Source of the DNA: Candidatus Latescibacterota bacterium
Lineage (GTDB): Bacteria > Latescibacterota > UBA2968 > GCA-2709665
Length of the DNA: 64,000 nt
NCBI GenBank assembly: GCA_965205485.1
Contig: OZ242180.1
Coordinates: forward strand, 864,001-928,000
Reading direction: 5' to 3'
This document shows, piece after piece, positions 48,227 through 59,600 of this stretch. Both the position numbers and the translations under genes were made by a program. Position 1 is the stretch's first letter. Each line of letters starts with the position of its first letter. The notes under the pieces are model-generated. The model was not told the DNA's origin and ran no database searches. It worked only from the letters and a program-made list of their open reading frames with translations.

Positions 48227-51200
48227 ATGCGACACGCGATTTCAGTCGTCCTGGGCTTTGCGTTATTGGCAGGCACGCATTCAGCCCGCGGGGATACGGT
48301 GGACGTGCAGATACAGGGAATGGCGGGACCGGTGGACAGCGTCCATCTGAAGTGGGACGGAAGGCGGTCTGTTCCGACGGAAATGACTGTGCCCGAGACA
48401 CCGTCCACCACGGGCGACTTCAGGGAGATGCTCAAGGACCTGCGTATCCGGAACCGCAAGTCGCTTCTGGAGCTCAAGCGGGACGTCGACGCGATGAACG
48501 TTGCGCTGGAAGCGGGCTCTGTCGGCGCCGACGAGACGCGGTTGCTTCTCGCCGACATCCGTATGCGCCGCATAGACGCGCGGGTGAGCCTGAACCTGAT
48601 GGGCTTTATGAACCGCGTCGCGCAGGATGAGGATCTGTCCGGATTGTGGGGCGACCCCGTGCGCCTGTTCAGCCCGGCGACGGCGACGCCCAACATCCTG
48701 ATCGTGAATCGCACCCGGGGACAATTGGCGGCGGACGTCTGGGACGCCGATACCATTCGCGTGGTGTATGTTCCCGCGTTCTCCGGTTTTGCGAAGGAGG
48801 CCATGCCGGACGAGAATATGCTGGAGAAAACGGCGAACGTGAATGCGGATGTCTCCGTACATAGCGCCGCGGCGGTAGCCGTGGCGACCGAGGGGCTCGA
48901 TGAAGCCCGGGGCGGGGGCATCTCCGGGTCGATAACCGTGGTCTCGGTCTCGGATCCCACCGGGATGTACGCGCCGCCCGGGGCGCCCGCGGATGACCCG
49001 CCCGCGCGCGGGATGGTGGTCTTTCCGTCCACGATGGTGCCGCGCCCCGAACGGCTGTTGCTGGATCGCGCGGAGCCCGTGGCAATTCGGGACATGGAAG
49101 GCGTCCACGTGGTCCATCTCGTCGACAGCGACATGCTGCTGGAGCGCCTGAAGGCCGCGCCGCGGAAGCGGACCGCAGCTTTCGAGCGGACGACGGGCTT
49201 TGAAGAGGGATACTGGGCGCAACGCGGCGTGCTGCCCGATCCGGCAATGCGCAAGCCGGGTTCTTCCGGGCCCGGTGTCGCCAGACGCACGGCGCCTCCC
49301 GCGGCGCTGGTAACGGACCCCCGGGGACCGGCGGCATTCAACCAGGGTGTCGGGCTGCTGGTTGCCGGCAAATACGATGAGGCGAAGCAGCGGTTCGAAG
49401 ATGCGATCTCCGAAGACGATGGGTACGCGCCTTCCTATGTGGGGCTGGGCAGGGCATATATGGAGCAGGGCGCCGGGGAAGACGCGGAATACTATCTGAA
49501 AAAAGCGTTGAAGCGGTCGCCCGGGTCTCCTTCGGCGTTAAAGGCGCTCAGCGACGTGGCGATGCGGGGCGAGGACTGGGGGGACCAGAAGAAATGGACG
49601 GGAGAGATTCTGGCCCGGGATCCGCAAAACCCGGAAGCGCTCTACAGGCGGGCGATCGCCTACCGGGAATCCGGCAAGCACAAAGGGACGGTCGCCCGCT
49701 GGCTGGACTGGCGGCGGTCGGAAAGGCACTTCAGACAACTTCTGGATACAGCGCCGCGATACAGGGACGCGTTGTATCAGTTTGCGGTGCTCAGACGATA
49801 TGACAAGGCGTTTGTCGAGGCGGTTCGCCTGGGTGAAAGTCAGGTGCGGATCAAGCCGGATGAATTCAAACACCGGCGCAGGCTGCGGCGTCTGTACCTA
49901 TATTTCCTGGACAATAAGGATCCGAAGGACGCATTGAAATGGCTGCGCAGGCATGGTACCGAATACGCGCGATACTTCGAGGGCGAAGCCCTGCGACTCG
50001 CCGGACGGACGGCGCGCGCCGACACGGTCCTGCGGTCCTGGCTGGCGTCGGACCCGTCTCTGAGCGAAATACCGGCCTATCTTTCTCTGGCGCGCATCGC
50101 GTACGGAAGCGATGACGTCGAGACCGGAGAATCCCATTACAACAAGGCCGTGGAAAGCATCCGGGACTCGCTGGACGCGCAGCTGATGTACGAAGACGTC
50201 AAATATGTCGTAACCGTTGAGGAAATGGATGCGTTTTCCAAACTCGAAACGCCGGAGGCCTATCGCGAGTTCTTCCGTAAGCTCTGGGTGAGCCGGGACC
50301 CCACCCCCGCCGTGTCTCCGAACGTGCGCCTGGCGGAGCACTACCGGCGGATCCTGTATGCCGAACGGTATTACATTTACGATGGATTTCGCACCTGGTT
50401 CTACGACCCGGACCAGGGCGACGACATTCCTTATCCGACTACGGTTGAATTGAATGACAGGTTCAACGATCCGGGTCTGATATATATACGTCACGGCCGC
50501 CCGTCGGATACGCAGAAGTTCTCCATGGCCGAAGTCTGGCACTACTGGAAGACGGATGCATTTCAGAAGATGGTGTTCAATTTCGTCGCAACGCCCAGCA
50601 GTATGGGCTCCAACTGGCGTCTTGTGGAGTCCCTTTCCGGTTCGGGGAACTATGGACGGCGCCTCAGGTGGGAGAATGAGAAACTCAGGCGCGAAGTGCA
50701 CCGGTCCGTGGAGACGGGGCTGCAGACAGATCGGCATACCTGGGAGGACGACGTGGATGATCTCGATTACGAGTCCTACCTGGCGTACTTCAAGGGCGAA
50801 GGGGGCAGGGGCGACGTCGAGCTGTATTACGGAATGCCATTCAAGGCATTGAAGAAGGACTACAGCCAGTTGTCAGATACGACGGCAATCTACGAATACG
50901 GGCTGGCGCTGCACGACCTGCAATGGAACCGGTACGAAAACCTGACCGGGCACGTGCGTAAATCCCACGTCGAACGGTCGCGTTACAAGGACCGGAGCTT
51001 CGGCGTACTCCGGTTTTCCGCCGACCCCGATTCAGGCCACGCGGCGTTTTTCCTCAGACCCTCACGGGAAAATCTCCTTGGCGGATGGAAGCAGGACCTG
51101 CGAATACCGGAATTCTCGAAGACCGAACTGGATATGAGCAGCGTCGTGCCGGCGCATGTGATCCGGGCCGGCGTTGAGGGATCCCATGGGTTCAATCTTC

Positions 51201-51562
51201 GAGGAATCCAGGCCGTACCGAATCCCTCGCTCAGGTTCTCACGCAGGGATCCGGTGTACATCTATTTCGAGCTTTACAATCTGACGCCGGACGAACGCGG
51301 CACGACGTCGTTCGAGGTCTCGTACGGGTTGACCCGGCTGAAGAGGAAGGGAATCAAGCGGCTGCTCAGGATCTTCGGCAGCGGCGAAAAGCCCGCCACC
51401 ACCGTCACGGTGGAGCGACTCGGCGATTCTCCCGATACCCGGGAATCTCTGGCGCTGGACCTGAACAAGGCCGGCTCAGGTGAGTTTCTGCTGAAGGTAA
51501 CGGTCCGCGACATTCACGCGGGCACGGAGCGTGATCGGTCGGTGGAACTGGTTTTGGAATAG
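48227..51562 (+). CDS. Large secreted TPR + GWxTD-like domain protein
   Basis: Signal peptide; TPRs; LWVSRDPTP..NVRLAEHYRRILYA..DPGLIYIRHGRP; C-terminal PNPS..F..VYIYFELYNL. Confidence 0.8.
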   Translation: MRHAISVVLGFALLAGTHSARGDTVDVQIQGMAGPVDSVHLKWDGRRSVPTEMTVPETPSTTGDFREMLKDLRIRNRKSLLELKRDVDAMNVALEAGSVGADETRLLLADIRMRRIDARVSLNLMGFMNRVAQDEDLSGLWGDPVRLFSPATATPNILIVNRTRGQLAADVWDADTIRVVYVPAFSGFAKEAMPDENMLEKTANVNADVSVHSAAAVAVATEGLDEARGGGISGSITVVSVSDPTGMYAPPGAPADDPPARGMVVFPSTMVPRPERLLLDRAEPVAIRDMEGVHVVHLVDSDMLLERLKAAPRKRTAAFERTTGFEEGYWAQRGVLPDPAMRKPGSSGPGVARRTAPPAALVTDPRGPAAFNQGVGLLVAGKYDEAKQRFEDAISEDDGYAPSYVGLGRAYMEQGAGEDAEYYLKKALKRSPGSPSALKALSDVAMRGEDWGDQKKWTGEILARDPQNPEALYRRAIAYRESGKHKGTVARWLDWRRSERHFRQLLDTAPRYRDALYQFAVLRRYDKAFVEAVRLGESQVRIKPDEFKHRRRLRRLYLYFLDNKDPKDALKWLRRHGTEYARYFEGEALRLAGRTARADTVLRSWLASDPSLSEIPAYLSLARIAYGSDDVETGESHYNKAVESIRDSLDAQLMYEDVKYVVTVEEMDAFSKLETPEAYREFFRKLWVSRDPTPAVSPNVRLAEHYRRILYAERYYIYDGFRTWFYDPDQGDDIPYPTTVELNDRFNDPGLIYIRHGRPSDTQKFSMAEVWHYWKTDAFQKMVFNFVATPSSMGSNWRLVESLSGSGNYGRRLRWENEKLRREVHRSVETGLQTDRHTWEDDVDDLDYESYLAYFKGEGGRGDVELYYGMPFKALKKDYSQLSDTTAIYEYGLALHDLQWNRYENLTGHVRKSHVERSRYKDRSFGVLRFSADPDSGHAAFFLRPSRENLLGGWKQDLRIPEFSKTELDMSSVVPAHVIRAGVEGSHGFNLRGIQAVPNPSLRFSRRDPVYIYFELYNLTPDERGTTSFEVSYGLTRLKRKGIKRLLRIFGSGEKPATTVTVERLGDSPDTRESLALDLNKAGSGEFLLKVTVRDIHAGTERDRSVELVLE

Positions 51563-51621
51563 GAGCACCTGAAACGGCTCCAGATTACAGCAAGAACTGT
51601 TTAACTCCTGGAGGTTCCAAA

Positions 51622-53955
51622 ATGAGACCAGCGACGGTTTTGAGGGTTCTGGTCATTGCCGCGGTGACGTTGTTCAATGCGGAGGCTGCAGCGACGGCGA
51701 GGTCCGATGGGGATCGGACGCTGGCGCAGAGTCTATACAGTGAGGGGATGAGTCTTCTCGACGGCGACAGCCTGGACGCGGCAGCTTCAAAATTCCGCGC
51801 TGCGATTGAGATTGACAGCAAACATGCGCCTTCGCACGTCGGTCTGGGCCACGTATACCTGAAGGCGGGCGATTTGAAAGCCGCCGAACGGGCCTTTATG
51901 GATGCGCGGCGGAGACAGCACAGATACGCTCCGGCGTACAACGGGCTTGGGTTGGTGTGGCGAGAAAAACCGAAGGGCCTGTACACGGCGATCGACTATT
52001 TCAAACAGGCGTTGCGGTATGATCGGAATTATCTCGAAGCGAGGTACCATATCGCCGAAGCAAGGTACGCATTGGGGGAACACGATGTGAAGCGCGAAGC
52101 GGAAAAGCTCATCCAAATGGATGCAACGTTTGCGCCAGCGCATCGACTGCTCGGTGAATGGTATGAGACGTTCAAGGAAGATCATCAGCGCGCGACGGAG
52201 CACTACGAACAATACCTATCTCTAAGGCCCGATGATCTGGACGTCACTTTGCGTCTTGCCGGAGCGCTTGCCAACGTCGGCGACCATGCGCGCGTTGTGG
52301 ACCTGATGCGCAGGCAGATGCTGAGCCATCCGGATGCAATCGAAATGTCGCCCGTCCTCGCGTACGCCTACATGGAAATGGATTCCCTGGACATGGCGGA
52401 GGCTGCGTTCGAGAGATATCTCGAAGTGTGTGATCCGGCGGAACGGTTGCTGTACGAGGATATCCGTCTCCTTGCTTCTCCGGACGAGTACGAGGCTTTT
52501 GCCAATGCGCCGGATCGAGACGCCTACCTGATCCGGTTCTGGGGAGACCGGGACCCGGATCTGACAACCGCCGCCAACGAGCGGCAATTGGAGCACTACC
52601 GGCGCGTGTGGTTCGCGCGACGTCACTTTTCCAAATCGCGGCAACCCTGGGATACGAGGGGAGAAGTATACGTGAGATTCGGAGAACCGGACCATCGATC
52701 GAGGTCCGACTGGGTTAATTTTCAGCAGAGTCTCGATGTCCAGCGTGTGAAGGAGGCGCTTGCAGGACAGATCCACGGAGCGGCGGACGTCGCGAGTTGG
52801 GGAGACATCCTGGTTGCCTTTCCCGTTCGCAGTATCCCCGAGGGGCACGACTTCGGCGGATTCATGGCTCCCGCATATCGACCGGTGATTGCGAACGGAG
52901 CGGACGAATCTATTGTACCATGGGAAAGCTGGGTCTACGTCAATAACGGCGCAGGAGGTGGCATGGAGGTGACGTTTACAGATGAGATGTTGAACGGGAA
53001 ATTCGACTTCGCGCCGCCGCCGATCGACGTGGATATCGACATCCAAATGCTTGCCGCGTACAACCGGTTAAGCCCCCGAAATGTGAGTATGCGAAGCGCG
53101 GCGCGATACCCCGACTACTACCAGCCGCCTGCGAACGAAGATCCGCTGGAGTTCTCCTACGATCTGGCGGATTTCCGAGGTCAGGCTGACGCGGCGTCTG
53201 CCCTGGAAGTCTATGCGGGGATTCCACAGAACGTAGCACAGTACATGAAGACCGAAGACGCAACCACGCTGGACGTCGAAAGGACAGTTGCTCTATTGAA
53301 CAAGGAAACGGGTCAGGTGTACCGCAAGAAGGACGACGTTCATTTCCGGCGGCAGGGAGACGTGAGTCAGACACTGGGTGCGTTCGTCCCCGACGTCGTT
53401 CGGCTGGACGTTCCACCTGGCCACTACCGAATGGAGGTAAAGGTCAGGGACAAACGCACCGGAAGGCGCGGGAGGTACCGGCAGATCATCCACGTGGAGG
53501 CCTACCCTGAGTCCGGTCTTCGGATAAGCGATCTGGAATTGGCATGGCGGATCACTGAGGACAACGCGGAAAGCAAGTTCAGCAAAGGGGAATTACACGT
53601 CGTCCCGATGCCGACCCGCACCTACGGCAAGGGACACAGCGTCTACGTGTACTACGAAATATACAATCTGGCCAGGGATACGTTCGGGAGAACGAGATAC
53701 CGGATCACCTACACCGTAGGCAAAAGAGGTGAATCCGACGTTGGCAATATCGCACGGCTCGTGAGGCTGCGAGGGAAACGGCAGGTGGAGGTCGAGGTGG
53801 CATCCGAGCAGGTCGGTACGGACCCCACAGAGGTGGAATACGTCGCGCTGCAACTGGGACAGCATAGCGAGGGACGGCAGGTGCTGCAGGTGGCGGTCAC
53901 GGATCTGAACAGCGGTGAAACCGTGACCAAGGATGCCGGATTCGTGGTGAAGTGA
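51622..53955 (+). CDS. Secreted TPR + GWxTD domain protein
   Basis: FWGDRDPD..NERQLEHYRRVWFA..PWDTRGEVYVRFGEPD; VYVYYEIYNL. Confidence 0.85.
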   Translation: MRPATVLRVLVIAAVTLFNAEAAATARSDGDRTLAQSLYSEGMSLLDGDSLDAAASKFRAAIEIDSKHAPSHVGLGHVYLKAGDLKAAERAFMDARRRQHRYAPAYNGLGLVWREKPKGLYTAIDYFKQALRYDRNYLEARYHIAEARYALGEHDVKREAEKLIQMDATFAPAHRLLGEWYETFKEDHQRATEHYEQYLSLRPDDLDVTLRLAGALANVGDHARVVDLMRRQMLSHPDAIEMSPVLAYAYMEMDSLDMAEAAFERYLEVCDPAERLLYEDIRLLASPDEYEAFANAPDRDAYLIRFWGDRDPDLTTAANERQLEHYRRVWFARRHFSKSRQPWDTRGEVYVRFGEPDHRSRSDWVNFQQSLDVQRVKEALAGQIHGAADVASWGDILVAFPVRSIPEGHDFGGFMAPAYRPVIANGADESIVPWESWVYVNNGAGGGMEVTFTDEMLNGKFDFAPPPIDVDIDIQMLAAYNRLSPRNVSMRSAARYPDYYQPPANEDPLEFSYDLADFRGQADAASALEVYAGIPQNVAQYMKTEDATTLDVERTVALLNKETGQVYRKKDDVHFRRQGDVSQTLGAFVPDVVRLDVPPGHYRMEVKVRDKRTGRRGRYRQIIHVEAYPESGLRISDLELAWRITEDNAESKFSKGELHVVPMPTRTYGKGHSVYVYYEIYNLARDTFGRTRYRITYTVGKRGESDVGNIARLVRLRGKRQVEVEVASEQVGTDPTEVEYVALQLGQHSEGRQVLQVAVTDLNSGETVTKDAGFVVK

Positions 53956-56474
53956 TGCAGTCCGCTGGTCCGCGCACACGTCTGTTGGCTTACCGGACGG
54001 TCTTGCAAATGGACGACTTGAATTCAGCCCCATACCGTCGGCTGGTCAGGCTGATGTCCGGCCTGGTCGTCATGGCATTGGTGCTTCTGGCGATATCCGA
54101 AGTACCAGCCGGTCCAAAACACGCCCGCGTGGATTCGCTGTATCGCGAGGCACTGGCGCAGGTCGGCAAAGTGCGCCCGGAAGCAAGTATTGAGGCGTTC
54201 GAGCAGGTCTTGAAGCGTGACTGGAAATTCGCGCCCGCGCACTATGAGATTGCTAAGCTCTACATGGAATTGAATACGCCGCTCACGCGCCAGAGCGCCC
54301 GCAAAGCGCTGGATGAAGCCATGCGCATCGACCCGGAGAACAAGGACTATCATTTGACATTGGGCGAACTTCTCAGCAGGCAGGGGTTCACTTACAACGC
54401 AGACCGGGAGTATCAAACTCTGGCAGCGGCTGACACCGGAAGCGCGGAAGCGGCGTATTGGGCGGGATTTTTCGCCGTACAGGAGTATCTCGCGTTGATC
54501 GATAAGGTTGAGTTCGTCCGCTTCGACAGAAGTAGTATGGGTACTGGGAACTACGATGTTACCGGTAACATGCAATATGAGAGTATCGGAAAGGTATTCT
54601 ACTGGAAGACCTTCGCCATGCAGTCCCTGGAACGCGCGAGAGGGTACCTGACGCAGAGCATCGTTGCGGACCCTGAATTCCGTGGCGCGTACAACCTGCT
54701 GGGGCTCCTGCATTTAGAAATCGGAAAGCCGGAAGCGCTCGTTCTGTTATTCAAGCGTTTTCTGAAACACTCTCCTGAGGACAAGGATGCGTTCATGTTC
54801 TGTGGTCTGGGATATCAGATGCTGGGCGAAATGGACGTAGCCCACAATTATTACCGGCGGGCACTCGAGCGAATGTCCGGCGACGAGCGGTCGATGATGG
54901 AGTCGGTAGACGTACTTGCATCAAAGGACGAGCGAACGCGAATGGCGCAGGCGATCACATACGGTGACACTGGCGGAGCGTATTGGACGAGCGACCGCCT
55001 CGACCGCTTCTGGCGCAGACAGGACCCGCTCTTCCTGACGGCGTTCAGCGAGCGAAAGATGGAACACTACGGGCGGGTCGCATACGCCAATCTCAGGTTC
55101 ACCCGGCATTTTAAGGAAGTCGACGGTTGGCAAACCGATCCCGGAAAGGCGTTTATCAAATTCGGACGATATTCGGGACGAGATGTCTTTACCAGCCGGA
55201 AGGTCTGGTATTACGGGGAGTTTCGAATCTGGTACGAGAACGGCGACGGATTGGACGCATGGCGCTTTGCAAGGGGATCGAACTCAGGCAGGAGTGCGAG
55301 ACAGTCGACGGCGAACTACAGAGTCCCGGTAAGACGAGGCTGGGTCTACATAACGAGAATGCGAGATGATCTGGGCGACTTTTATTCAGGTGAGAGTCGA
55401 CGGGAACGTCTGAGGGGAACGCGGCCACACGCACGACATGTATTTCGAGATACGCCCCAGCGGTATATCGACCCGTATCGCGACCGGAAATATCAGATGC
55501 CGTTCCAGGTCGCGGCGTTTCAGGAGCGCGACAGTATTCGCGTGGAATTCGCATACGCGATTCCGAAGGCGAGGGTCCGGTTATCCGATCCGAACGGGTT
55601 TGTGGATCTCGAGGACGGCGTGTTTCTGTTCGATGAACGCTGGGACCAGGTTTACCGAAGAAAGATGGACGTCGCAATGCAATGGCCATTGTTCGACAAG
55701 GCGATTGATACTATGAGCGACAGCCTGCGGCGCAACCACATCGTATCCTTCCGATCGCTGCGTGTGACGCCCCGCCAGCACCGGCTCGTGGTCGAGGTCC
55801 GGGACCGCGGCACGGGATCCATCGGGACGTTTCGCGAATTCCGCGAGTTCCGGACCGTGGACTCTCTATTGGCCATGAGCGATCTGCTGCTGGCGTCCGG
55901 GATTGAGCCGACAACGGCGTTTCCCGAAGGACGCAACGATCTCCACGTCACCCCCAATCCACTCCACACCTACGGTCGATCCGAGCCCGTCTTCATCTAT
56001 CTGGAGATATACAATCTCAAGAGGGACCGGTTCGGCGGAACCAAATATCGGATCTCGTACCGGCTGACCCGGCCCGACCGCGAGGAAATCCGGCCGGAAC
56101 GGTTCGCCGCCCTGGATGCGCCGGGCGCGGGCGCCGCGGTGGAAATCCAGACCATCGTGGAGGAAGCGATCATCGAGAGCGAGGAAGACCTCTGGCGGGA
56201 TGAACCTGAAGAGACCGTGAGCTATCGCGTCAAATACATCCTGCCGGAACGAAACAGGATCTCCGAGGAGATCAGGGATACTCCCCGCAAGCAAGATGGC
56301 GCCGAGACGACGGTCACGGCGCAATACCGGGGAAATCAGGAGGACGACTTCACCTTCCTTCAGATCGACGCGACCCATGCCCCCGCCGGTTTCCACAAGC
56401 TCATCGTCACCCTGAAGGACCTGTATACCGGCCAGATCGCGGAACGGGACGTGGTGTTCCGGGTGGTGGAGTGA
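53952..56474 (+). CDS. Secreted TPR + GWxTD domain protein (start uncertain)
   Basis: FWRRQDP..EHYGRVAYAN..GWQTDPGKAFIKFG; VFIYLEIYNL. Confidence 0.85.
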   Translation: MMQSAGPRTRLLAYRTVLQMDDLNSAPYRRLVRLMSGLVVMALVLLAISEVPAGPKHARVDSLYREALAQVGKVRPEASIEAFEQVLKRDWKFAPAHYEIAKLYMELNTPLTRQSARKALDEAMRIDPENKDYHLTLGELLSRQGFTYNADREYQTLAAADTGSAEAAYWAGFFAVQEYLALIDKVEFVRFDRSSMGTGNYDVTGNMQYESIGKVFYWKTFAMQSLERARGYLTQSIVADPEFRGAYNLLGLLHLEIGKPEALVLLFKRFLKHSPEDKDAFMFCGLGYQMLGEMDVAHNYYRRALERMSGDERSMMESVDVLASKDERTRMAQAITYGDTGGAYWTSDRLDRFWRRQDPLFLTAFSERKMEHYGRVAYANLRFTRHFKEVDGWQTDPGKAFIKFGRYSGRDVFTSRKVWYYGEFRIWYENGDGLDAWRFARGSNSGRSARQSTANYRVPVRRGWVYITRMRDDLGDFYSGESRRERLRGTRPHARHVFRDTPQRYIDPYRDRKYQMPFQVAAFQERDSIRVEFAYAIPKARVRLSDPNGFVDLEDGVFLFDERWDQVYRRKMDVAMQWPLFDKAIDTMSDSLRRNHIVSFRSLRVTPRQHRLVVEVRDRGTGSIGTFREFREFRTVDSLLAMSDLLLASGIEPTTAFPEGRNDLHVTPNPLHTYGRSEPVFIYLEIYNLKRDRFGGTKYRISYRLTRPDREEIRPERFAALDAPGAGAAVEIQTIVEEAIIESEEDLWRDEPEETVSYRVKYILPERNRISEEIRDTPRKQDGAETTVTAQYRGNQEDDFTFLQIDATHAPAGFHKLIVTLKDLYTGQIAERDVVFRVVE

Positions 56475-56603
56475 ATGAACGACTCTGCGGCCGGATTGGA
56501 TAAGGCGCTGGCGTTCCCGGGAGCGAGGATCATGTCGCAACAGCTGTTGGAAAAGACGGCTTTGGACATGTGTGATATTCAATAATATTCAAATCTGATT
56601 TGG

Positions 56604-59600
56604 ATGGAGGGGCATTTGCTGCATAAAACCAGAAATCTCGTCGAGGATTGGCGGGATGGCGACGCCCGGAAGCTCGCCACGCTCGAGATGGAAGCAGACG
56701 TGGGATGGCCGGGCGGCGGCGGATGGCAGACGACGGCCGAGGAGCAGGAGCGAAACATCAAAGAGAGCAACCTGCTGGGGGCGATCGTCACGGAGAATGA
56801 GGAACGGATCATCAGCCTCTGCCTGATACGAGCGACGCCGGGACAGAAGGCGAAGGCATTCATTCCGCACCTCAACTGCCATCCGGAATTCCACGGGAAG
56901 AAGCACGGGAAATCTGCGCTGTGGGGCGCGATGGAACGCGCGTACGAAACTGGCTACCAGCGGGTCGACCTGTACACGTGGCCGGGAAACCTTCAAGCCG
57001 TTCCCCTGTACAAGAAGATGGGCTTCATGTGGAGGCCGGACTCGTCAGTGCACATGGAGAATTTTATGCCCGCCGCCCGCCGGCATCCGCTCGCCGCCGC
57101 TTTTTTCGCCCGGCACGACTGGTACGAGACACAGGTGCGGGAGCTAAGCCCCGAAGAGGACGTGATGACGCGGGGCAGGGTGAAGGTTTACGAATACCTC
57201 TGGCGCGCCCAGGACGGCGACCTGCTCAGGCTGGTGTTCGACCGCCAGAGTTGGGGGATCATCGAGCTCGAGAACAACGACCTGACGGTATCGTGCAGCC
57301 TGCCCGACGAAAAGCTGGTTGCGGGGGTCCCCCACGCTGTCCGATGGCATATCGTCAACAAGAAGCCGCACCCGGCACACGTCTTTCTCGCCGCTTCGGG
57401 CGATCCGGGTGTGAGGGTCGAAAAGCGCGAGGTGCTGGACGTTGCGGAATCAGCCGAAATAGGAGATACGTTCGTCATCGACCCGAATATCGAGGAGAAG
57501 CCGCGCGAACCCAAAGCGGCGGTTCTGCGGACCGACCTGGTGATCGACGGCGTGGGGATCGAATTCGCGGCGGGGATCGATGTACGCCAGGCCGTGGATG
57601 TTTCGGTCGATGCACCCCACTCCATCCTGACGCCGGGCAAGCCGCAGGAAACCACGCTGACCCTGCGTTCCAGCCTGGACGAGGCGTGTACGGCGAAACT
57701 CCGGATCATGCCCGTGGGCGGCGCGGATGTCAACGCCGGCGAGCGGGAGGTGGCGCTCGATCCGAAGGGCGGGGCCGAGCTGACGGTGCCGGTAACGGCC
57801 CCGTGGGCAGGGCCTGTTGCGATTGACGTCGAGACCACCGCGACGGCGGGGGGCAGGGCAGTTCCCGTCAAGATCAAACGTCTCGACCTGCTGGCCGTCG
57901 ACCGAGGAGGCGTGTCGGGATGTGTCGGAGAGCGGAACGCCCTTCTTTGCGGCGACGGACTGACCGTCAGCGCCGATTTGCGCAGCGGCGAGCTATATAT
58001 CTATCACACGCTACGGGCGCTGCGGTCCCGCCGGCTGAAGCTGCAGGCCCCCAGGCTCGGCCCGCCATTTGCCGGTGGCGATCTGTTTCAGGAGAAGGCC
58101 GAGGCGCGAGTCGAGCGGGATGTCGTCGGGGTCGTGCTCCGCCTGCGCACCCGTTCAGTGACTCGACCGGGCGTGTGGCTGGAAAGAAGCGTCCTGGTTG
58201 GACAGGGCCCGCTGGTCAGGGTGCTGGATACCGTCGTCAATGGAACTTCGCTGCCGCTGGACCTTTCGGTGTCGCAAAGCTGGTGGATGCAAATGGGCCG
58301 CACCGCGTCCCTGGTCGTGCCGGGGAAACACGGCGTGTCCCGGCAGGCGTTCGGATCGGGAGGACGGGACCTGGACGACCTCCGGCTATCGGAGGAGACG
58401 TCAGCCTGGCCAGAAGGATGGTTCTGCGTGGAGAAAGAGGATGGCTGTGTCACCGGCATTCTGTGGGACCGGGCCGAACGGGTGAGCCCCGGCCCGTGGG
58501 GCAGTCTTCGAACGCGAGCCGTTCGCGTGGAGCCTGGAGCGTCGAGGGCGCTGGATCCTGTCAACGCCTTTGTCGGCGACGGGAACTGGCAGACGGTCCG
58601 TTCCTGGTGGCGGACCCTGTTCGACAGCGTTCCGGAGATCGAGGCATCCACGGCGCCCACGCGAAGGCCGATCGAGTGCCGCATCGAGCCGCGCCCGCTG
58701 ATCGTGGCGGGAGAGCCGGTGGAAGCGACACTGCGCCTGGACCACGTGGGCAGGCACGAGCTGGACGGGGAACTGATCCTGGAGGATTCCGACGGTCTGC
58801 ACCCGGACGTAAGGGCGGTCAAGGTCACAGGGCTCTGCGAGTCCAGGCCCGTCGTGCGGAAGGTGGCCTTTCGTCCCCAAGCGCGAGTCCGGCCGGGCAC
58901 GAAAGGCATCCGCGCACGTTTCGAGACCGAAGAGGCGGTCTACCGGTTCACGCAGAAAGCGCTGGTACTCCCCGCCGGCGCGCGCGAGGTCTCGGTGTCG
59001 CGCCGGGAGAAGGGCCGCGTCCTTGAGATCGACAACGGGATATTGGCCGCGAAGGTCGCGCCGGCTTTCATGGGATCCGTTATCTCGCTCAGGTACGACG
59101 GTATGGAGTATCTCAACTGTCCGTATCCCAACGTGGAACCGCGCGCGTGGATGAATCCATGGTACGGCGGCCTTTCACCCGAATACGACAGGCTCGAGGA
59201 TACGCTCTACAAGGAACGGTTCCGGTACCGGGTGATCGAAAGGAAGGGTCGCCAGGGCCTGGTCTGGCGCGGGGTGCGCGTCCACTGTCGGATCGCTCAG
59301 GAGCACGCCCGCGGTCAGTCGATCGCGTGGGAATACCTGCTCGCACCCGGCGCGGACGTTCTGGCCATTCGCGTGACGTGCCGCGACGAACTCGGAATCG
59401 GCGCTGAAGGGGACCTGGGCTTCGGCGTGTGGCCCGCGTTTGCCGCGTCACCGGGGACCGCGACCTTCTACAATACGACCGAAACGTCCGTTTCGACACT
59501 AGCGGCGCCCCACTGGACCAGCGGCGGCAACTGGAACTGGGGCGGGATCGTCGGGAAGAACGGAGAGGCGTTGTTTCTGAGCGCGGCCGGGGAGGGCGCG

